Shown here in pieces: positions 16,978-26,180 of a stretch of DNA of 64,000 nucleotides; the first letter of the stretch is position 1; each line of letters starts with the position of its first letter. The notes beneath the pieces were generated by a model that saw only the letters and a program-made list of their open reading frames with translations, searched no databases and was not told the DNA's origin. This DNA comes from a virus (taxonomy: Duplodnaviria > Caudoviricetes): IMG/VR virus record IMGVR_UViG_3300010429_001449. The stretch is one strand, 5' to 3'. A program made the position numbers and the translations under genes.

Positions 16978-19507
16978 GTCTTGTCTCCCGGAAAATGTGC
17001 TTGTCCAAACGTCGTGTGTACTTTTCGATGCGCTTGCGGCTCTCTGCGCCGTCGCGTAGATTCATGTGAGCGGCCCAGTGAGAACCGAGAAGGGCTGCTT
17101 TGCCCCAAGCCCCTGCCTTAACGGCACCTTGCAACTGGTCTATGAACTGTTGCCGCGCTGCGGGGCGATCTGCGGCATCCACAGAGTATTGTACCTCTTG
17201 CCAACGACGCTCGTAATAATTATCTGCTTCCAGTGCCGCGTGAACCTTCTCCGTATATTCTTTTGAAAGAGGCATTCTGTAATCGGCGTACTCCCAAGCA
17301 TGACTCTGTTGCTTCTCTGCCAAGTGCGTTGCGATAGAGCGCAGGTCTGCCGTTTCCTCTCTTGTTAATCCTGCTTGTCTCTCTACCGCAGTAAAGAGCG
17401 TGTCTATCGTTTGCGCGTAGTGGGTGTAAAACCTCTCCGCCACGTCTTCCGACACAAAATCAAAACCGCTCTTGGCCCAAGAGAATCCGCCGCGATCCAG
17501 ATTGGCGTGGCACCACATGGACTTGCGCCCGAATGCAATAGCCATCTGAGCTTCTTTGCTCAAGATGCCCCCCGCCCAAGCAGTGTTGCGGTACTTCGGC
17601 GACATATGAATCAAGGACGCATCTATGTTACGCAGCCCGTAACCTCTGGTTATCTCGGCGACTTCGTTGCCGTCTTGATCCCGTACGTAAACGACATAAC
17701 CGAGTGCCGGGCGATCCAAACCCCCGGTAAGCTCGTACCCTGACACGGACACAGTCAATCCTTCGCCGCCATATATCTGCTCTAACGAGGCTTTAGATGG
17801 AGCGTGACCGAGTTTTTTCAACATAGCCTCGATGGTTGACGGAGACTTTTTGTAGTATTCAGTGGTGTCTCGAGCGTAACTCTCTGCTGTTGCGGGCTGA
17901 TAGTGCTGCGCAACCCGTTCCAACTCCTGTTTTCTTGCTTCGGCGGCTTGCGCCTGAGCCGGATCAACGTCGGACGGAGGCTGCTGCCCCTGATAACGAA
18001 GAATGTTGGAGATGACTGCGTCTATTTCACCGCCAAGCTCGCGGTCGTCGCGGTCTGCCGCATGAACGACTTGCATAAGAGCCGTTACTTCTTCGGCAGA
18101 CAGCGCGTTACCGCTTGTGTAAGAATCAAATAGTCGGCGAGCCGACGTTCCTAAACTAGAGCGCAAAGCCTCATCGGCAGGACGTTCTTCTTCCTCTTCT
18201 TCGTCTGCGTCTTCGGTGGGCCCAGCATCTTCGCCAGCATCTTCGCCAGCATCTTCGCCAGCGTCTTCCGGCGCACTTTCCCACTCCAAAGCTTCCACGC
18301 TATCAGAAATAATCTCATTCAAGTTACCATAGTGATCCGTGATGTCCTCGTCTGGAAACTCCCGCCTGAAACGCGCTACCAAGTCTTGCAGTTCGCTTAG
18401 CTCTTCGGAGTTCAAGAGACGCGGACGACGACCTCTTCTTACGTAAGGATAGATTTCATCTACGATAGCGGAACGGCGTTCTTCTTGCTCGCTCTCGCGT
18501 GCCGCCTCCTCGCGGCCCTCGAAATCCAACGCACTTGCAACAGTGTCTCTCACATCAGACGCCAAATCCGGGTATTTTTCGCTCAATTCGCCATAAAGCT
18601 CCTCCAACTTAACCCCATTCTCTCTTGAGATTTCTTCGTACTCGCTAAACTCGTCCAAGATAGGCGATATACCTTCGTACAAGTGGAAAAGATCGCTTCC
18701 TTGCAGTCGGCGCACGCCTTCCCCCAACGTTCCTTCCGAGACAGCCGCAGGGTCTCTAGTCGCAAAGTCCTCCAAATTCTGCTGCAAACCGTCGAGAAAA
18801 GTCATGTTCAACGACTCTCCGCGCAGAACAGTGTTGATGCGTTCTTGCAAGTCGGAAACAAGCGCGGCCTTTCGTTCCTCGGATTGCTGCGCATGTTCTG
18901 CTATAAGCTGCCGCGTTTCATCGCTCTTGATGCGTTCAGCAATCTCATCAGGAACCGCCCCCGGATAATCCGTCTGGAAATAATCAACGATTTCAAGCAG
19001 ACGGTTGTACTCCGCCGGAGTCAAATAAGCACCTTCGTCATCCCGCGAGAGTGCGCTTATAGACGCAAAGAGCGTATTACCTTCGTCGCGCAGCGGTTTC
19101 GGTATGTCTCCCGCCGAATACTGACGAGAAGGCTCGGACGCCGCGCCTTCCCCCAGACCCTCTACCATCCTACGAATGGCTTGCCGTTCTCGGTCTTCCC
19201 AACCTTCAGAACTCCGCCCGCGCAATAGATACCGCGCAACTTGTGCAGAGCGACTCAATTCCTCTCCGGTCTTCCTCGCCCGCATCTCGGAACTTCTTAC
19301 AATACGCCTCAAGAGATTGCTGCCGGGCAACGACTCGGCGCGAAACCGCCCGCGCTCCATGACGGCTATAACAGGCGTGTCGTGGCTGACATAAAGCCTT
19401 GCGTTCTCACGAGATGTGAACTTCCCTTCATCGTCGTGATAGGGATTCTGCTTATCAATCTCGCGTGCCTTGGCCAGCGCTATGCCAAGCCAGTCATAGG
19501 GTCTCAC
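16952..19507 (-). CDS. large paralog 3: YDW/NPYHD leader and C-terminal GNAT-like domain
   Basis: MRPYDWL..LAKA..IDKQNPYHDDEGKF; CHANLDRGGFSWAKSGFDF; GAGGAGG RBS. Confidence 0.75.
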   Translation of the reverse strand: MRPYDWLGIALAKAREIDKQNPYHDDEGKFTSRENARLYVSHDTPVIAVMERGRFRAESLPGSNLLRRIVRSSEMRARKTGEELSRSAQVARYLLRGRSSEGWEDRERQAIRRMVEGLGEGAASEPSRQYSAGDIPKPLRDEGNTLFASISALSRDDEGAYLTPAEYNRLLEIVDYFQTDYPGAVPDEIAERIKSDETRQLIAEHAQQSEERKAALVSDLQERINTVLRGESLNMTFLDGLQQNLEDFATRDPAAVSEGTLGEGVRRLQGSDLFHLYEGISPILDEFSEYEEISRENGVKLEELYGELSEKYPDLASDVRDTVASALDFEGREEAARESEQEERRSAIVDEIYPYVRRGRRPRLLNSEELSELQDLVARFRREFPDEDITDHYGNLNEIISDSVEALEWESAPEDAGEDAGEDAGEDAGPTEDADEEEEEERPADEALRSSLGTSARRLFDSYTSGNALSAEEVTALMQVVHAADRDDRELGGEIDAVISNILRYQGQQPPSDVDPAQAQAAEARKQELERVAQHYQPATAESYARDTTEYYKKSPSTIEAMLKKLGHAPSKASLEQIYGGEGLTVSVSGYELTGGLDRPALGYVVYVRDQDGNEVAEITRGYGLRNIDASLIHMSPKYRNTAWAGGILSKEAQMAIAFGRKSMWCHANLDRGGFSWAKSGFDFVSEDVAERFYTHYAQTIDTLFTAVERQAGLTREETADLRSIATHLAEKQQSHAWEYADYRMPLSKEYTEKVHAALEADNYYERRWQEVQYSVDAADRPAARQQFIDQLQGAVKAGAWGKAALLGSHWAAHMNLRDGAESRKRIEKYTRRLDKHIFRETRRGSPQPEG
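18222..18268. repeat. 12-bp in-frame tandem repeat (EDAG x~4)
   Basis: ccagcatcttcg x3 plus a degenerate fourth copy. Confidence 0.9.
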
Positions 19508-19580
19508 CGGGTGAATCCTCCTCGCAGTAATCTTTCTCTATGTTACTAAAAGGCGGTGGGAGGTGCAAGGAGAAAGAAAG

Positions 19581-19667
19581 TGGTGGGCGCGGAGGGATTT
19601 GAACCCTCACGTCCTTTCGGACAACAGCTTTTGAGACTGCCGCGTCTGCCTGCTACGCCACGCGCCC
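19581..19667 (-). tRNA. tRNA-Leu(CAA)
   Basis: Cloverleaf; loop CTCAAAA; long variable arm; encoded CCA. Confidence 0.95.
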
Positions 19668-19686
19668 AGGTGAAGCTTCTGCACTT

Positions 19687-19714
19687 AGTATAACAGCGTG
19701 GGCGGGAATGTCAA
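19687..19714 (-). promoter_or_regulatory. repeated promoter TTGACA-N16-TATA(C/A)T, first of 14 copies (others at 20087, 24042, 27200, 28303, 30174, 36557, 41090, 43383, 45790, 47576, 51066, 52194, 62483)
   Basis: Consensus -35 and -10 boxes, usually with TG extension, in intergenic gaps; spacer counted as 16 bp in every copy. Confidence 0.9.
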
Positions 19715-19721
19715 GAGAAAA

Positions 19722-20066
19722 TCAAGAATCGAAATCGTCATCATCCAACAGCGGCAAGGGTAAGGGATCGCTCGGTAAGTTGGCAGCGAGGCGGTTCTTG
19801 ATTTGCAGCATTGCTATTCTTCCGTCGCCGACGAACGGATTAGTGCCGCTGCTGTAGACTTCCGCAACCGCAGCGCGAAGGGCTTCCTCTTCGGTCTTGA
19901 TTTCATACCGGTGCAGAGCAGTAGCTACTCCTGCGCAAGACAATAACCGCCTGCGCATACGCGCCCTGTCCTTTGTAGCGTATAAACGCACGTCATGATT
20001 CGGAAAAATAAGAGACCACGCCTCACCAGGGACAACACTACTCAACAAGCGTGGTAAGTCCAGCAC
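19722..20066 (-). CDS. hypothetical protein
   Basis: Follows the promoter at 20087; GGAGG RBS. Confidence 0.6.
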   Translation of the reverse strand: MLDLPRLLSSVVPGEAWSLIFPNHDVRLYATKDRARMRRRLLSCAGVATALHRYEIKTEEEALRAAVAEVYSSGTNPFVGDGRIAMLQIKNRLAANLPSDPLPLPLLDDDDFDS

Positions 20067-20156
20067 AGACTTAGCCCTCCTGCCCTAGTATAACAGCGGA
20101 GGCTAGAATGTCAAGTTAATCCATTGCTGTACAGCAACAAAGAATCTCTGTGTTCC

Positions 20157-21422
20157 TCGCGGAGAGAAACCGCCGCGCCTCAAAAAAGGAAAGAAAATCT
20201 CCACTATTCGCTTGACCTAGCGGCAAACGAGTGGTAAGATTCAGTGCGTGGAGATACAAAGAACAATCCAGATCGTTATAGAGCCGAGCGAAGAACTCGA
20301 AGATACCCTCGCGGTTTTTACGCAAGTGTGCAATCAGATTTCGCCAACGGCTTACAATGGCGGAGAGTTCCTGAGACACATTGATCTTCATCACGCTGTT
20401 TATTCCAGTATTAGGAACGTTCTGTCTAGTCAAATGGCATGTACTGCCATTCGCCTGACGGCGGGAGCTTACGTTGCTATCAAAAAGAACAGACACGATA
20501 TCACTAAGCCCGCTCGATTCCTAAAGCCAAGAGCGTTGTTCTTGATTGGCAAAAGAGGTCGAGACGCATCGTTCCGAAGAGACGGGCGGCTCTCGATCTG
20601 GACAGTACGCGGACGAAAAAAGTTGTCTTATTCCGTCCCCGAATACTTCAAGCCGATGTTGGCTTGCGCCAAAACGGTCGATAGCATCAACGTCGTCAAA
20701 AGGAACGGAAAGCTTATCGGCTTTGTGTCGATCACCATTGATGTGCCGGACGCCGTCGGCGTCCATCCCGTAGGGGTTGATCTCAACGAAACTAATCCTG
20801 TCGTTGCTGTCGACGACAGAGACAGGGAGTTGTTTGTTGCCGGTGCTGTTCAGAAAGAACGGAAAAGGCGAATCCGCAAGACCAGAAAACGTCTCCAGAA
20901 ACGGCTTGCTTCTCGAAAGGCAGAGGGAAAGTCCACGAAGTCTGTTGGACGAGTCCTCAAACGGCTGCGAGAACGGCAAAGCCGATCCACCAAAGACTTC
21001 TGTCACGTCGTATCGAAAAAGCTGGTGAACTGGAGTCCTAAGAACTCGGTTTTGGTCTTCGAGGATTTGTCCTTTGAGCAGGGAGATCAGGAGCACGGAA
21101 AGGCGTGGAATCGAAGGTTTCACGAATGGCCAAGAGGCCAGATCGTGGAAATGACGACGTACAAAGCGGAAGGAAAGCACGGAGTGGTTTTCATTAATCC
21201 CGCCTACACGTCTCAGTTCTGTTCCCGTTGCGGTTTATTTGGACGCCGTAATCGTCATTCTTTCGTTTGTCCTCATTGCCAGTTCCGTTGTCACGCTGAT
21301 CTCAACGCCGCCAAGAACATTCGTAATCATTTTGCCGTGCTACGGCATGGTGGGCTGCCGTCGATCAGCCCCGAAGCATCTTCGAGATGCAAGCCTCCGG
21401 CTTTAGCCGTGGGGTAATCGAC
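20157..21422 (+). mobile_element. IS200/IS605-family tnpB-only (IS1341-like) element; left end approximate
   Basis: Right-end hairpin aagcctccggctttagccgtgggg..tcgac at 21391-21422; upstream homology with the 63.2-kb copy begins near 20157; no tnpA. Confidence 0.75.
20248..21417 (+). CDS. tnpB: RNA-guided endonuclease TnpB
   Basis: RuvC motifs VGVDLN, VFEDL and HADLNAAKNI; Zn finger CSRC..CPHC; own promoter TTGACC-N17-TAAGAT with an apparently leaderless start. Confidence 0.95.
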   Translation: MEIQRTIQIVIEPSEELEDTLAVFTQVCNQISPTAYNGGEFLRHIDLHHAVYSSIRNVLSSQMACTAIRLTAGAYVAIKKNRHDITKPARFLKPRALFLIGKRGRDASFRRDGRLSIWTVRGRKKLSYSVPEYFKPMLACAKTVDSINVVKRNGKLIGFVSITIDVPDAVGVHPVGVDLNETNPVVAVDDRDRELFVAGAVQKERKRRIRKTRKRLQKRLASRKAEGKSTKSVGRVLKRLRERQSRSTKDFCHVVSKKLVNWSPKNSVLVFEDLSFEQGDQEHGKAWNRRFHEWPRGQIVEMTTYKAEGKHGVVFINPAYTSQFCSRCGLFGRRNRHSFVCPHCQFRCHADLNAAKNIRNHFAVLRHGGLPSISPEASSRCKPPALAVG

Positions 21423-22364
21423 TGGGCCTTTTCGATTAAATCTTTCGGGTATATCTGTCCCCTCGAAACATATCTTGAACCAATTACCTTCTACGCGGGC
21501 CTGAGCGGTCTCGGCTTCGAGCCGCTCCAATTCCTCCGTATTCAGAGGGGAGAATCCCTGCGTCCAATTGACTAGATTCACGAGTTGGTCTTCGTTGTCA
21601 ACACCTACAATGGCGCAATCGATGTCGTGCGAGAGGACGTAGCGCAAAGCCAAATGTGCCGCCGCGTCAATGGCGACGGGCAGCTTTTCCAGCATAGGAC
21701 CACGGGCCATTACCTTCATTGCTATAGCACCCATCCCTTTATCTACGAGCTTCGGTAGAAGCACGTGTTTGAAGGACGGCCCGTGGATGTCTGCCATGTT
21801 CAAGGCGAAAAGGCACGTATCAAAATGCGGGAAATAGTTGATGAACTCGCGGAGCAGGACGGGATCAGAGTGTCCGGTAACACCGATGTGATCAACCAGA
21901 CCCTGCTGCTTCGCCTTGTACATAGCCAAGACGACGCCCTTTTCGAGCGTTTTGAAGTCGCGGTCTTTCCATTGGAGGTTGTGCAACTGCCATAGATTCA
22001 CCCGCCGTCCCAGAAGGCGCATAGATTCTTCCAGAAGGCGCATAGAGCCGTCATAGGAACGTTCGTGCGTCTTTGTGGCTAGGAAGACCTCTGCTTCCGG
22101 TAATCCGCGCAGCGCCCATCCTAGACGCGCCTGCGACTCGCCGTAGCCGGGGGCTGTATCGAAATACTTGATGCCGAGATCGAGCGCCCTACGAATGATT
22201 CCGATAGCCTTGCCGCCGGATTTGCCGTACTGAAGGTAGCCTTGACCCCCCAAACCCAGACGTGTTACAGTCTCGCCGGTATTGCCGAGAGGCTTCAAGG
22301 GTATGTGCAAGGACGTTGGATCATCGGCGGGCAGTCCTTGCCGAACCCAGTCATAAAGACCCAT
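21327..22364 (-). CDS. aldo/keto reductase; C-terminus runs into the IS right end
   Basis: LGNTGETVTRLGLGG, YFDTAPGYG, FLATK, LWQLH, IGVTGH, AMKV motifs. Confidence 0.9.
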   Translation of the reverse strand: MGLYDWVRQGLPADDPTSLHIPLKPLGNTGETVTRLGLGGQGYLQYGKSGGKAIGIIRRALDLGIKYFDTAPGYGESQARLGWALRGLPEAEVFLATKTHERSYDGSMRLLEESMRLLGRRVNLWQLHNLQWKDRDFKTLEKGVVLAMYKAKQQGLVDHIGVTGHSDPVLLREFINYFPHFDTCLFALNMADIHGPSFKHVLLPKLVDKGMGAIAMKVMARGPMLEKLPVAIDAAAHLALRYVLSHDIDCAIVGVDNEDQLVNLVNWTQGFSPLNTEELERLEAETAQARVEGNWFKICFEGTDIPERFNRKGPVDYPTAKAGGLHLEDASGLIDGSPPCRSTAK

Positions 22365-22367
22365 CCA

Positions 22368-22952
22368 TCAACCTCCAGACAAGGCGGGAACGGGATCAAG
22401 CTCTTTCGCAGCCACGTCCTTCAACTGTCCCATCAGTCTAGCCTCAAGCGCCCGCAATTCCAAGAGATTCATGCCGCCGATATCTTCGCCGCTCGTAATG
22501 CGAACGCTGATGGCATTTTCCGTCTTCGAGGTCGCGCCTTCCACGACACCGCTCTTGATCAGGAAAGAGGCTTCTGCGGCCAAAGACCGGATAGCTTTGT
22601 CCAGAAACTGCGCCTTGTTGGCCCCTTTGTCTTGAAGATCAAACTGAGTCAGGGCTTCCGCCGTCAAATGTTGGAAACGCGCTACGACGCCGCCTTTCAA
22701 CACCGCATCGTCTGCCGCTCGAATACGCTCGCCCCAATTTTCTTCCAACGCTTTGAGGTCCGTGTCAACGGTGCTTTTAGAGACGCCGAGAGCGTTGGCT
22801 ATCTCCCGAACTGTCATGCCGCGCAGCCGATACGACAAAACCTCGCTGCGACGAAGCTCGATATCAGGTTCTTTGTTCGGGCGCGGATGATCCGCAGTAG
22901 CTTTACGCTTGGGCTGTTTCTTGTGCGCTGTTGGAGTTATGGCCTTTGCCAT
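22368..22952 (-). CDS. HTH protein, probable terminase small subunit
   Basis: RRSEVLSYRLRGMTVREIANALGVSKSTVDTDL HTH followed by helical region; first gene of the late module. Confidence 0.6.
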   Translation of the reverse strand: MAKAITPTAHKKQPKRKATADHPRPNKEPDIELRRSEVLSYRLRGMTVREIANALGVSKSTVDTDLKALEENWGERIRAADDAVLKGGVVARFQHLTAEALTQFDLQDKGANKAQFLDKAIRSLAAEASFLIKSGVVEGATSKTENAISVRITSGEDIGGMNLLELRALEARLMGQLKDVAAKELDPVPALSGG

Positions 22953-23014
22953 TTCACTTCTCCTCTCTGTGCTGCCATATCTATCTTAGCAACTAGGCGA
23001 TAACAGCGCAATCC

Positions 23015-23200
23015 CTAATCTACCGCCTTGAATATCTGTCCACACCAGCCACAACGATACCGAGAATCCGCGCCGAGAGGATCGAGAGACGCGCCGCAGG
23101 AGGGGCATACGTATTCAGAACGGGGACGCGGAGTCTTGCCGAGACCCAGAAGCCACGCCCCCGCGCAAACAAACAACAGAGTCTTCCAGAAGGCGGTCAA
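23015..23200 (-). CDS. small membrane-anchored Zn-ribbon protein
   Basis: Hydrophobic N-terminus; CPSC..CGWC. Confidence 0.45.
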   Translation of the reverse strand: MTAFWKTLLFVCAGAWLLGLGKTPRPRSEYVCPSCGASLDPLGADSRYRCGWCGQIFKAVD

Positions 23201-23850
23201 AGGGCGTTCCCGGACAGAATGTCGGTGCGAATGGCCATCAACAGCTTGCCCAGATGATTGTCGCCCTTGCCCTTCGTTGTGCCCCAGAACGTATCACCCC
23301 ATGTATTGCCTTCGCGCAGTTCGCAGGGATGTGTAGCAATCAACTTTCTGCTTAAGTCGGCGTGACGGGTGAACTTCTGTTTCAACAGCGCCTCCATGAC
23401 AGACAGGCGCATGTCATTCCAGCCCGGCCTCAACGTGAGATTCTGGCCCCGATGCTTTGCTTCGGCGGGACTGGACGCCGTTCTGATCCACTCTCGCATC
23501 TTCATATCATCGGTCTTAGCCGCCTGATAAGCGTGCTCGACCGTAGGGTACAACGCGCCTTCATACTCGACCGGCGCAGAGAAAAAGTTCGAGAGAAACC
23601 GGTGATCCCCCCGAAAAGACGTTATCGGGGGCGGCGCGTCCGCTTTGACAAGAGCAGTCTCCGCCACGGCAAGCTGGCGCGGACCAGTGCCTCCCTCGCC
23701 AAGCGGCTTAGTGAGCGTCACCGGCCAGCGACCCGTCTGAAAATACTGGAACGAACGACGTTCCAAAACACCTTCCCGACCGTTCCACGGAGTTCCGGGT
23801 TCGACCAGCGTAACGCGATCACCCGGCAACCACTTCGTCTTGTCGGCCAT
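23197..23850 (-). CDS. NADAR (YbiA-like) protein with N-terminal extension
   Basis: FLSNFF..YPTVEHAYQAAK..KF..H..L..T..L.EGN.WGD.FWG..G.N.LGKLLM.IR. Confidence 0.92.
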   Translation of the reverse strand: MADKTKWLPGDRVTLVEPGTPWNGREGVLERRSFQYFQTGRWPVTLTKPLGEGGTGPRQLAVAETALVKADAPPPITSFRGDHRFLSNFFSAPVEYEGALYPTVEHAYQAAKTDDMKMREWIRTASSPAEAKHRGQNLTLRPGWNDMRLSVMEALLKQKFTRHADLSRKLIATHPCELREGNTWGDTFWGTTKGKGDNHLGKLLMAIRTDILSGNAL

Positions 23851-23862
23851 AATCCGTTCTCC

Positions 23863-23922
23863 GCAAAAAATTATGCTTAAAACAGTGCAAAACTTCGCGC
23901 ACTTTTAAGCATAATATTTTGC
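23863..23922. repeat. AT-rich 20-bp inverted repeat
   Basis: gcaaaaaattatgcttaaaa ... ttttaagcataatattttgc (19/20 match). Confidence 0.85.
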
Positions 23923-23929
23923 TCAGAGG

Positions 23930-24016
23930 TGGCGGAAGGGAGGGGACTCGAACCCCTGGAACCTCTCGGTTCACCGCGTTTCCAACACGGCGCAATCGCC
24001 ACTATGCGACCCTTCC
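23930..24016 (-). tRNA. tRNA-Ser(GGA)
   Basis: Loop TTGGAAA; long variable arm; GCCA end. Confidence 0.95.
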
Positions 24017-24081
24017 GCATGAGTTCGCCTACAACAATGTTAGTATAACAGCGCGGGTAAGAATGTCAAGCGGTTTTCTTC

Positions 24082-25077
24082 TCATTTAGCGCGTCTTAGT
24101 TCAAACAAGTACTCAGTGAGTGGCGTCTCGTTGTAGGTTCTAATCGTCGATGTATCAGCGCGGTAACGACGTTGTTCTGTTTCGTGGATGATCACGCTTC
24201 CGAAACTGGCTAACGCAGTTTTCATGTCTCCGGCAGACACGATACCATCTGAGTTGTAACTGATGTAAACTAGAGGGGCTTTGGAGACTCTTACGACATC
24301 GACAAGAAACGCCAAGCACTTAGGGGCGACACAAAAAGCACTATGACATTCCGCCTTCCAGCCGCGTAGACCAGTCTTACCGGTTGGGTTGGGATTATCG
24401 TTACGTACAAATGTTTCGTAGAGATGATAATTCGGACCATACTGACGCCCTGTATAAGGCGGATCGATGTAGAGAATATCTTCGGCGGGAATCAAACCAT
24501 CCAAAAGAAGGGACAGGAGATCACGCCGATATACCTTAGCAGTGCCGGGAGTGTACACTTCAGGGCGCAATTCAAATCGATCCAATGCTCTAGTTTTGAA
24601 TCTCTTAAGAAACGCCGCTTGAACTCCGGTTGTGTTACTCGTGCGGCTGAGAGCTTCCAGTCCGCAATAGAGCAGATAGTCCCTGACTTTCTGATCGCGT
24701 ACCGTTTCAATCTCGGCGCGAACATGATCAATACGCCGGGCATTACTCGACGTGAAGTAGAGACGCGGAGGTTTAGACGCATCGCAAAAATGCGTGCAGA
24801 AGTACCCAGCTTTTCCTGGCAGCGCATTGAGGCGATCAATGTACGCTTGAGCCTCTGCTATTTGAGCGGGGGTGAGTCCGATACTTCCGTTGACGATGGT
24901 AGCAGGGAAGTACATTAAATCGTTGGCAATGACGCTGTAACCGTGTTGAGCCGCACACCTGCTTACCACGCCCGAACCACTGCATCCATCAAGAAAGATT
25001 TGCCCGGGAGGATCGGACGCGCCAATACGCTCGAACAACCAACTGGTCCACTTCGCCTTTGAACCGATGTAATCCAT
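24082..25077 (-). CDS. D12-class N6-adenine DNA methyltransferase
   Basis: YIGSK, DGCSGSG, YIDPPY, ISYN motifs. Confidence 0.9.
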   Translation of the reverse strand: MDYIGSKAKWTSWLFERIGASDPPGQIFLDGCSGSGVVSRCAAQHGYSVIANDLMYFPATIVNGSIGLTPAQIAEAQAYIDRLNALPGKAGYFCTHFCDASKPPRLYFTSSNARRIDHVRAEIETVRDQKVRDYLLYCGLEALSRTSNTTGVQAAFLKRFKTRALDRFELRPEVYTPGTAKVYRRDLLSLLLDGLIPAEDILYIDPPYTGRQYGPNYHLYETFVRNDNPNPTGKTGLRGWKAECHSAFCVAPKCLAFLVDVVRVSKAPLVYISYNSDGIVSAGDMKTALASFGSVIIHETEQRRYRADTSTIRTYNETPLTEYLFELRRAK

Positions 25078-25084
25078 GTTCTCG

Positions 25085-26180
25085 CTACTTACTGTTGGAT
25101 TTCTTCGTTCTGTTTATCCTCACGGCAGCTTGCAACTCACGCAGTGTTAATATGAATTGAGCGCGTGCGCTTTGCAAGTCAGATGCCGGAAACAAGTCGG
25201 GACATTTTGGGCGCAACAGATCGAACCAGAAACAGCCAAAACAACCGAGGTCATCTTCATCAAACCGTTGCTTGTACGCGCTCTTGAACGGCATAATATC
25301 GTCAGGCAGGGGAATCGTCTTGCCTGCCAGACAGCGGTTACATGCCTCGCGTTTCTTGTTGTTGGTTAGTTTGCTGACTACTTGATAAGCCAATGCCCAC
25401 GGAAGCGTACAACCGCCTTCCCCACGCACGGCTCTAAGGCTGTTCAACAACCAGAAGTTATCGGGCGGGTCCGCCAGCAAAGAAGTCACAGTCAAAGGGA
25501 CGGCGGCTATGCTAAGCTTTTGCCGCGCCTTTTCAGGCATTCTATGGTCTATCTGAGCCTCTCGCGTAGTAAAGGGCACGCCCAAGAAATCTGGCGAAAA
25601 AAAACTGCCGCAACACGGCTCGAAAATGTTTAGGAAGCTTGTTCCAAGACGCGCCCCACACGTTGGACGGCTCCTCATAGCCGATAATCATGCGGTAAGG
25701 CATGCCGCTGGCGTCTTTCCAGAACCACGCGCTGTCTTTCGTGTTACCGTCTTCGTCCGCCGCAAACATAAAACCTAGATTGCGCAGACCCATCGCGGGT
25801 CGCGCAGCCTGCTGACTGGCTTTATGCTCTGAAATTTCTTGATTTGAGCGGGGCGTCTGATACCAACCGTATAAACACGACAACGACGATTCGGCAGTGG
25901 GCAGGGACTCAGAATGAATGATGACGCTGTCGGCGAATAGCTTGTCGTTGTGTGGCCACTTGCCTTTAATCTCTATTAAAAAGAGCAAGAGCAAGTTGTG
26001 CAGAACGACCGAATCAGAGAAGTCGTAACCATACTGTCTGCACAATCCTTCCAGAAAAGGAAGTACAAACATCTCTACTGTCTTGCCTTCCGGAGCCAAC
26101 AACAATTGAAGCGACTGCTTGATTTCATCAATCCGCTGTTGACGTTCGGATAAATTCATGACGCCTTTCTGCTCACTCAT
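25085..26180 (-). other. two hypothetical CDSs (25085..~25540 and 25542..26180)
   Basis: Coupled to the flanking MTase genes; no recognisable motifs. Confidence 0.5.

Noticed and set aside
695-19549. Numerous + strand ORFs such as 9041..9508, 9505..10311 and 14085..14702
   Set aside because: Antisense to a dense minus-strand operon in GC-rich DNA; no motifs or RBS support.
20116-21180. Minus-strand ORFs 20116..20496 and 20521..21180, and their counterpart 63238..63852
   Set aside because: Antisense shadows of tnpB; their mutual similarity only reflects the tnpB duplication.
20248-21417. Possible Cas12f or catalytically dead TldR
   Set aside because: No adjacent CRISPR array, an IS right-end hairpin is present, and the D-E-D RuvC triad is intact.
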